Assembly: GCA_951406725.2 (NCBI GenBank)
Contig: OX597820.1
Location: 40,238,001 to 40,302,000, forward strand
Reading direction: 5' to 3'
DNA: 64,000 bases
Source of the DNA: Octopus vulgaris
Taxonomy: Eukaryota
Translations under genes and position numbers: made by a program
Notes under the pieces: model-generated
What the model was told of the DNA's origin: nothing
The model's database searches: none
What the model saw: only the letters and a program-made list of their open reading frames with translations
Part shown: in pieces, positions 55,407-64,000 of the stretch
Layout of the letters: each line of letters begins with the position of its first letter
Numbering within the stretch: position 1 is the stretch's first letter

Positions 55407-57161
55407 GGAAATCGGTTAAATCAAGGTTTTTTTCCTTCACAACTTCGCTACAAATCGGTAGCCGGTCAAAATTTGCTCTAAATGAAAAAGAGAGAAAGAG
55501 AACAACATATAATTAAATCCATAGATTTGGAGCTACAAACAAGAAAACAGAACTCAGAACATGAAGATATACGCATTTTGTGTTAATAAACAGCAGAGGA
55601 TTCACAGTGATTCCAGAGACGAAAGTTTCGGGCTTAGAAACTTACCAAAGATTGATAATAAAAAAGGTACACACACTCTTACACGTGTATACACACACAC
55701 ACACATATGTATATATATATATATATATATATATGCGTGTATATATCTATATGGGTGTGTGTGTACGTATTTACATAACTATACATATATGCATATATGT
55801 ATATGTATACTGATATGTGTGTATTTGTGGGTGGGTGCGTTTCTGTATGACTCTATGTGTTTATGGTATGTTTATATATTACTACGCAACATACGAGATG
55901 TGAATGGAATTTTAGCAGAATGTTTAGAATAAATACGGCCTCTCTTCCATTAGTATTTTACAGAGATTCAACTTCGAGCTCACTCAGCAGGCAGATACCA
56001 ATCAGCTCGCCATAACGGTAGATTTTCTTGGAATTCTTATCCCGCATGAAATCATCTAGGTTTTTTATTTCATTTTTTTTTTGTTTTTTGTTCCTCAAAA
56101 CAACTGACCTTTAAAAACTCGATAAGAAGATTTCACGCGCGCGCGTACAAGCACTCGCACGCGCGCTCCCACATAGAAATCTACATACATTCATAAATTT
56201 ACATATTTACGTGTACGTATATATATGTATATATATATATATACATATATATTATATATATATATATGTATATATACACATATACATACATATGTTAACA
56301 TATATATAAATGCCCACATGCATGAATTTGCGATTTTGTGTACATATGCACTTGTGTTTTTGTGTGTATATATATATACGTACATATATGTGTATATATG
56401 TTTGTGTGTGTGTGTGTGTATAAAACGAAACCCTCACACATACGTTTACTAACGCATAGACACGCACATAGAAGATTACACATATACACACAAATGATCT
56501 AAGTATATAATATTCCAAATTGAACATATTTGCATTAAAGACGTAGAAGAAAATAAATTGAAAACGAAACCCGTAATATATTTTGAAAAAGAGGGAAAAA
56601 AAATTGCAATTATTTCAAAAGATGTGAATGCCAAAAATGAAGAATTAGGCTGGAAACATAAAACACAGCATCAAGGGTGAATGAAAAGACACATCAAAAG
56701 ACAAAAACGAAAAAAAACACTCAACAATTGTGTGGATAATTTTTGTTGTTTTTGAAAAAAAAATAAAAATAAAAATAAAAAGATACAATATAACATTAAA
56801 ATTGAGAGAATGAACGAAATATGATAGAATAGAAAATAATGAAGAAAATGGATCCGGTAAACGGCGAAGGAAGAATAGCTGAATAATTAGCATTACAACA
56901 CACATACACGCACTCACTGTCTCAATCTGTCTGGCTGTTTGACTGTTTGGCTGGCTGGCTGGCTGGCTGGCTTTCTTTCTTTCCCCCTCCTTCTCTCCCT
57001 CTTCCTCCCCCCTATCTCTCACTTTCCATCTATCTATATCCCACTTCGACAGCACAGATACAATGATAGATATTAATACAAACACGCACTCAAATACGTA
57101 TACAGACATGTGTACGTGAGTATGGCACGTATGTCAATAAGTGTCACAATGTGTATGCTTA

Positions 57162-57710
<549 letters not shown>

Positions 57711-58805
57711 ATATTTCTTATCTATGCATCTTTATCGATATGAATGCATATTTATATATGCATATTTATGTATCCAGATGCATATAAATATATATTATGC
57801 ACATATATATGCATATATGTATATACGTACAAACACACACATATATATATACATATGCGTTTACACACACACATACATATATACATATTATATATATATA
57901 TTTGTATATATATCTGTGTATGTATGTATATATATAGAAGGGATTCAAAAGAGTACTTTTTGTATGTTTTCTTGTTTTGTCTTTCAATTCAAGAACTGCG
58001 CATAAAAAGAAAATAGAACTTTACTAAAAGAAGATTATTGAGATGTATAGAAAACACATGATAGGAATATGATTCATAATGTAGTGAGGATAAAAATAGT
58101 TGTATATAAATATGTGCGTGTGTATATAATTCTGTCCATATCAGATAAATTCAGGTGATTCTTTGTTTCTTGCCTATTTTCTCTTTCTTTTTTATTTCTC
58201 TCGATTTTTCTATCTGTACACACTTATACATACAAAAACATATATACATACATAAACGCACGCGCACACACACGCACGCACATATATATTCTCTTTTTCT
58301 GTCTTCCTCTCCCCCCTCTTCCTCTCTCTCTCCATCTCACCCTCTCTCTCTCTCTCTCTGTTCATTAATTTTGATCTTTGCTTCAGGAATATTTTTTACT
58401 GCCTACTTTATTTTTCATTGTTACTTTCACTACTCGTTGTCTACGAATGAGAACATTATCTAATACACACACACAAACACATGCACACACACATAAATTT
58501 GCGTGCGCGTATATATACATAGGTAGTATAATATGTGTGTGTATATATATGTATATATATATATATATATGCATCGATCAAAACAATAGTCACAGATATA
58601 GCTCAGTTGCTAAAATACTTGCTACACAATCATTTTCAACCGGGTTCTGTTCTGTTCCGCAAATCTTGTAGATTACATTAGCGCTCATATGTGTGTGTGC
58701 GTGTGTGCGCGTGTGTATGTGTGTGTGTGCCTGCGTGCGTGTGTGTATGTGGGTGTGTGCGTGTGTGTGTGTATCTATATGTACATCTATATATTCATAT
58801 ATATG

Positions 58806-59013
58806 TGACCGCGTGTGTATCGTTGGCGATTTTCTTTCTCCGTCTTCCCTTCCTTGGACCTTTCCTTTTTCTATGTTTCTGACGAAGAGCTCCGCTTGAA
58901 ACGTTAGATCTTCCTTCTTTCTTTCCTTTCCTGAGCGTCCAATAACACTGTACTTGTTCCACCTCCTCGCGTTGTTGTGTTTTCGCTTTGTGTTTTCATG
59001 TTTGGATTAGCTT
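58806..59013 (+). mobile_element. Short hammerhead-containing element ending at (TA)n
   Basis: Second copy at 34576; related element at 7657-7860 on the minus strand. Confidence 0.75.
58876..58908 (+). ncRNA. Minimal hammerhead motif
   Basis: UUU-CUGACGA-A-GAGC(ucc)GCUU-GAAAC-GUU-AGA. Stem III is reduced to the palindrome AACGUU. Confidence 0.65.
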
Positions 59014-59049
59014 TATATATATATATATATATATAATTTTATTATATAT

Positions 59050-60570
59050 TATTTAATTCTTTTAAATGCTGTCGGCCCAAGAGCTGCGCAATGCTGGGGG
59101 ACCGCCGTTGACTTTGCTACAACTTTGCTACTTGATATTTTCTCTGATATGTCGCATTTGTGGGAAGGAGTTAGTTTCATGTTACTACCCTCATCCGCGT
59201 TTGCTGCGTTGATGTAAATCCAGTTCTCCCGGCCCTAAGGAGATGTGAATTTGCTTTGACGACACGCACATTCCCGCAACGCAGGTCTCTCAGGGTTTTT
59301 AGAAAGATATTGAAGATCCGTTGGTCTTTGCAACTCAAGCTTTTGCCCAATCTGGTCCTATAACTTAATGGTGATGTTGAGATCTTTGGCATTATTCACT
59401 GGCGCTCCGTTCTGTGTTAAAGTAATTTTCAGTGTCAGACATTGGTACAAGCCATTCCAACATTTTCCAGATTTTATATCATTGCATATCTTTCCTGACT
59501 TCATTTTTTGGGAATAGAATCTTAACTTTCTAAGTGTTTCCTAGTTGCTGCAACTTTGCATGGAGACGGTCTACTTCGTGTAGCTTCGCCGTTAATTTTA
59601 TACCGTGTGGTGACTAAAGTTGGGATGCGTAGTCTAAGTGGTTGACGACGTATGTCCTTCAGAGGGCCGAGATGGTTTCCTGTTGTCTCGTTCTAAAAGT
59701 TTGGAGTATCCTTCAGGCCGGCTGTCAGTACTTATCAACTAGGAAACATGCCCCTAGAAAGATGCATCATTTCTCATATCAGTATCCAGGTTGCGCACTG
59801 ATTTTGACTCAGGGATTGTAATCCCTCCTAGGCCAGTGTGTCTAGTCTGCATTTCATTCGGGTTCGTGTGCAGGTAGAGCAGGGCTTGGAATTGTTTTAG
59901 CATCAAAGTGCATTTTATTATCCTCAGCATCTTATTTTATATGCATCCAAATGCCCTTGCAATGACAAGATGACACAACTTGTAATATTTCACACAATGA
60001 TCAGCTTTATCAAGGGTTTCTGCAAAGTCAATATATATCAGGTCCACTTTTGAGTATTTGAGTGCTTTAACCCCTAGTCGTAGTCCTGTAAGAGCTGTGT
60101 CAGGCAGGTTCTCCCTGGTCAAAATACATCGTGCGTGAGCAAATAACAAGGCTTTCTCTTCAAGGAATGTAATTAGTTTTTTCGGTGTATTCGTTCCATA
60201 ACATTGCTGATATGTGAGGCCAGAGAGATAGGCCCGTAATTATTTTTAGCATATGCTTTCCCTTTGTGGATAGGGCAGATAATTCCCTCCTTCAATTTGC
60301 CTGAAAGCATACTACTTGCAAGGGAGCTCTGTAAAAGAAGCTTGAGTAGTTTTGCAAGGACTCGGTTTGCTTTGTGATTTGAAAAGGATTGCTGAGATTT
60401 CATCAAGGTCATCACCTGAGGTTGTGGCTACCTTATCTATGGCAAGATTACCTCTTCGTAAATTATTATTGCCTCCTTGGTACCTGGTGAAGTTGCAAAT
60501 AATTCCAAAGTAACTCCCAAAGGAGTAGTGAAAACACTTTTGAACTGTTCGTTCAATATTTCACTTATGC
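59050..60570 (-). mobile_element. Decayed CR1-group LINE (RT to 3' end)
   Basis: KLKEGIICPIHKG..NYGPISLASHISNVMERI (ORF 60173-60415) and VDLIYIDFAETLDKADH (ORF 59937-60149) match YRPISLTS and YLDFAKAFDKVDH. Confidence 0.88.
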
Positions 60571-60591
60571 TCATGATGAGAAAGAAACTTA

Positions 60592-60651
<60 letters not shown>

Positions 60652-61211
60652 CGTGCGTGTGTGAGTGTATGTGTGTTTGTGTGTGAGTGTGTTTGGGTGC
60701 ATGAACGTGAGTATGTATACGCGTAAATATTTCTACATAAATATTGTTTTTATACATTTAACTTTATGCGTGTGCATGTACATACATGTTTACACACACA
60801 CACACTGACAAGCATGCACACATATACATATAGGGAGAGAGAGATAGGGAAGGGGTAGAGGGATAGATACATTCATCAGTGTAATGTATATAAATAGAGA
60901 TAAAATTAAAGATAGGGGAGACATATGAAAAACACTCAAGCACCAGATACGTGGTAATTAAAATGTATCAGCAGAAAAAACATAGCAATAATACCAAACT
61001 TTTACTTCTCCTGCGACTGGCCAAATTAAAAGAAATTAAAATGAAATCTCCACTTTTGAATACTTACCTAGCTGCAGTAGCATGTACGTATATAATGTGT
61101 AATCGAAAAACCTTAACAAACCTCGGATTGTAGGAATTCCTGCATTTGGTATTTCAGCAATCTACAAAGTTATAGTGTCTCAAACAAGTTGAAGCCTTCC
61201 TACGATTACTT

Positions 61212-61269
<58 letters not shown>

Positions 61270-61279
<10 letters not shown>

Positions 61280-61868
61280 AGGGCTTAGTAAAATAAATTA
61301 CTTTGCCACATACTGAACTCATTAGAAATAGCAGCTAAAGAAATTTCTTCAGCTATTTCTAATACTTAAAGAAGATCTCTCTCAGATAGTGTTTGCCTAA
61401 ACCAACTCACAAATTCTTCGCTTGCATATTCGAATTTGGTAGCACTTTTAGTTCGAGCAGGATTCTAGAAGTGATAAGAAGCCGAAAGGGTATGCTCCCA
61501 ACTTTCAGTGTTCCCAAATCCGATTCAAGGAATTCTGAGCTGACGAAAGAAATGTCGAATTGACTAATCTAGAAACGTACGTTCTCAAATAACCTTTGCA
61601 CTTGATTTTTTAATGTTTTTTCCCCCATACCTTTGTGAGTTGGTTTAGGCAAACACTATCTGAGAGAGATCTTCTTTAAGTATTAGAAATAGCTGAAGAA
61701 ATTTCTTTAGCTGCTATTTCTAATGAGTTCAGTATGTGGCAAAGTAATTTATTTTACTAAGCCCTTATATATAATGTAATATTTTGAATTCGCCTAAAAT
61801 GGTCCCTTTACATACTGAATACTTGGTGAAATTGATTAATAATTAATTAATTTTACCCTCAATTGTTG

Positions 61869-61872
<4 letters not shown>
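61270..61872 (+). mobile_element. Young foldback element: perfect 144-bp arms, hammerhead in spacer, tail; inside (TA)n
   Basis: Arms 61270-61413 and 61632-61775 are identical; tail 61776-61872; (TA)n on both sides (61217-61270 and 61873-61960). Confidence 0.9.
61536..61587 (+). ncRNA. Type I hammerhead ribozyme candidate
   Basis: UGAG-CUGACGA-A-AGA(aaugucgaauugacuaa)UCU-A-GAAAC-GUAC-GUU-CUCA. Canonical core, stem I UGAG/CUCA, palindromic stem III. Confidence 0.78.
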
Positions 61873-61960
<88 letters not shown>

Positions 61961-61962
<2 letters not shown>

Positions 61963-62350
61963 AGTGACTGTGTGGTAAGTAGCTTGCTTACGAACTACAT
62001 GGTTCCGGGTTCAGTCCCATTTCGTGGCACCTTGGGCAAGTCTCTTCTACTATAGCCTCGGGCCGACCAAAGCCTTGTGAGTGGATTTGGTAGACGGAAA
62101 CTGAAAGAAGCCCGTGGTATATATGTATATATATGTATGTGTATATGTTTGTGTGTCTGTGTTTGTCCCCCCAACATCGCTTGCCAACCGACACTGGTGT
62201 GTTTACGTCCCCATAACTTAGCGGTTCGGCAAAAGAGACTGATAGAATAAGTACTAGGCTTACAAAGATTTGCTCGACTAAAAGGTGGTGCTCCAGCATG
62301 GCTACAGTCAAATGACTGAAACAAGTAAAAGTGTAAAAGCGTAAAAAGAG
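61961..62350 (+). mobile_element. SINE family A
   Basis: Same family as 29239, with a small deletion before GATTTGCTCGAC. Confidence 0.9.
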
Positions 62351-62371
62351 ATTTAAGTGTTTCATTGTGTG

Positions 62372-62436
<65 letters not shown>

Positions 62437-63039
62437 CGGGTGTATTGCTGTATGTAAGGTAACATCTTATTCAGCATTTAGTCTTGTATCAATCAGAACA
62501 CCCGTCGACGTATTTTACTTAACAAGTAAGGGAATCCAAGCACATTAATTGTCAGCCTCAGGGCGGATCTACAACTGCTGACAACTCTTATTTCAGCGGC
62601 TCAGGTACCTTTGGCTTTTTATATGTAACAGGTGTTATAGTAGTGTATGTATTCAACAATTCAGTCAGTCGTGCTATGCGTTACGGTCCGTTGCTATTAT
62701 AGACAGCAGCATAGTTCCACAAAAAATTCGACATAATACAATTAAGAAAATACAACGCTGTAATCAATCTCAGTAATCACTACGAGTTTGATAACATAAC
62801 TTTGTTATTATCGAAACAGTTTTCATTAAAAGCATCTGTTAACCGGAATGAAACGTCAAATGACCATGAACAAGATATAGATAAGTGTCTAAAGCAGAGT
62901 CATTTGCATGTCATCACGTTTATTGGGTAACATATGCAATTATACACTTTCGCTTCCATAAACGGATTGACTGAATTTATAAATGAGAAATACATAAGAA
63001 TAAGCGCGCTTAAGAGGATTGCTAGAGAGACATACTGAC

Positions 63040-63470
<431 letters not shown>

Positions 63471-64000
63471 GAATTACACAAAAATGTCCGTTTCATCAAC
63501 ATAAGTTCTTGAACGCAGGATTCACTTCTTACGTATTAACAACAAATTGATCCTGCAATAATTTGATATCACGTTCAGACTAAGCCATTATTGGCTGAAC
63601 ATCTATTCAGTTTGTACTAGGAGATAAAGCAATCTTATTTATTTATGCTACATTTTACCCTTATTTGGATAATAGCGTTTATGTAAGGGTTAAATGCTAG
63701 ATGATATAAATAAGGATTAAACGATACTTTCTTTCATATCAAACTGTTTACCTAAAGCATAATATGATATATCGGACTCTAAACATTTCTGAATCATATA
63801 TGTATTTTGCACTTTTATGCTTTTCTTGTAAGAAATAAATAAAGAACTATATATTTATATATTTGAGCGTACGAATGTGTAAATATACACATTATGTGAT
63901 AATATATATATTGTTAAGAGTAAAAGAGTAAAAGAGTAAGAGTGTTACAGTATATTATACACACACACATATTACATATTAATATATATATACATATATA

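Overview
AT-rich, microsatellite-dense eukaryotic intergenic or intronic DNA. The repeat content (tRNA-derived CORE-type and Meta-type SINEs, very abundant (TA)n/(TATG)n/(TCTA)n) suggests a cephalopod such as Octopus; this is an inference. I found no intact host protein-coding gene, and almost all listed ORFs are translated microsatellites. Recognisable decayed mobile elements: a Penelope-like RT, two mariner relics with TIRs, a hAT element with TIRs and TSD, a Helitron RepHel fragment, CR1/Jockey-type, RTE-type and R4/Dong-like LINE fragments, and many SINEs, several with TSDs. The most interesting signal is a set of short non-coding elements from several sequence families, nearly all inside or next to (TA)n/(CA)n tracts. 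Most share the layout inverted arm + spacer + arm + unpaired tail. Six carry minimal type I hammerhead ribozyme motifs, five with a palindromic stem III. They look like Penelope-type terminal-repeat or retrozyme-like insertions that use microsatellites as landing sites. All alignments and folds were read by eye, and ends of decayed elements are approximate.
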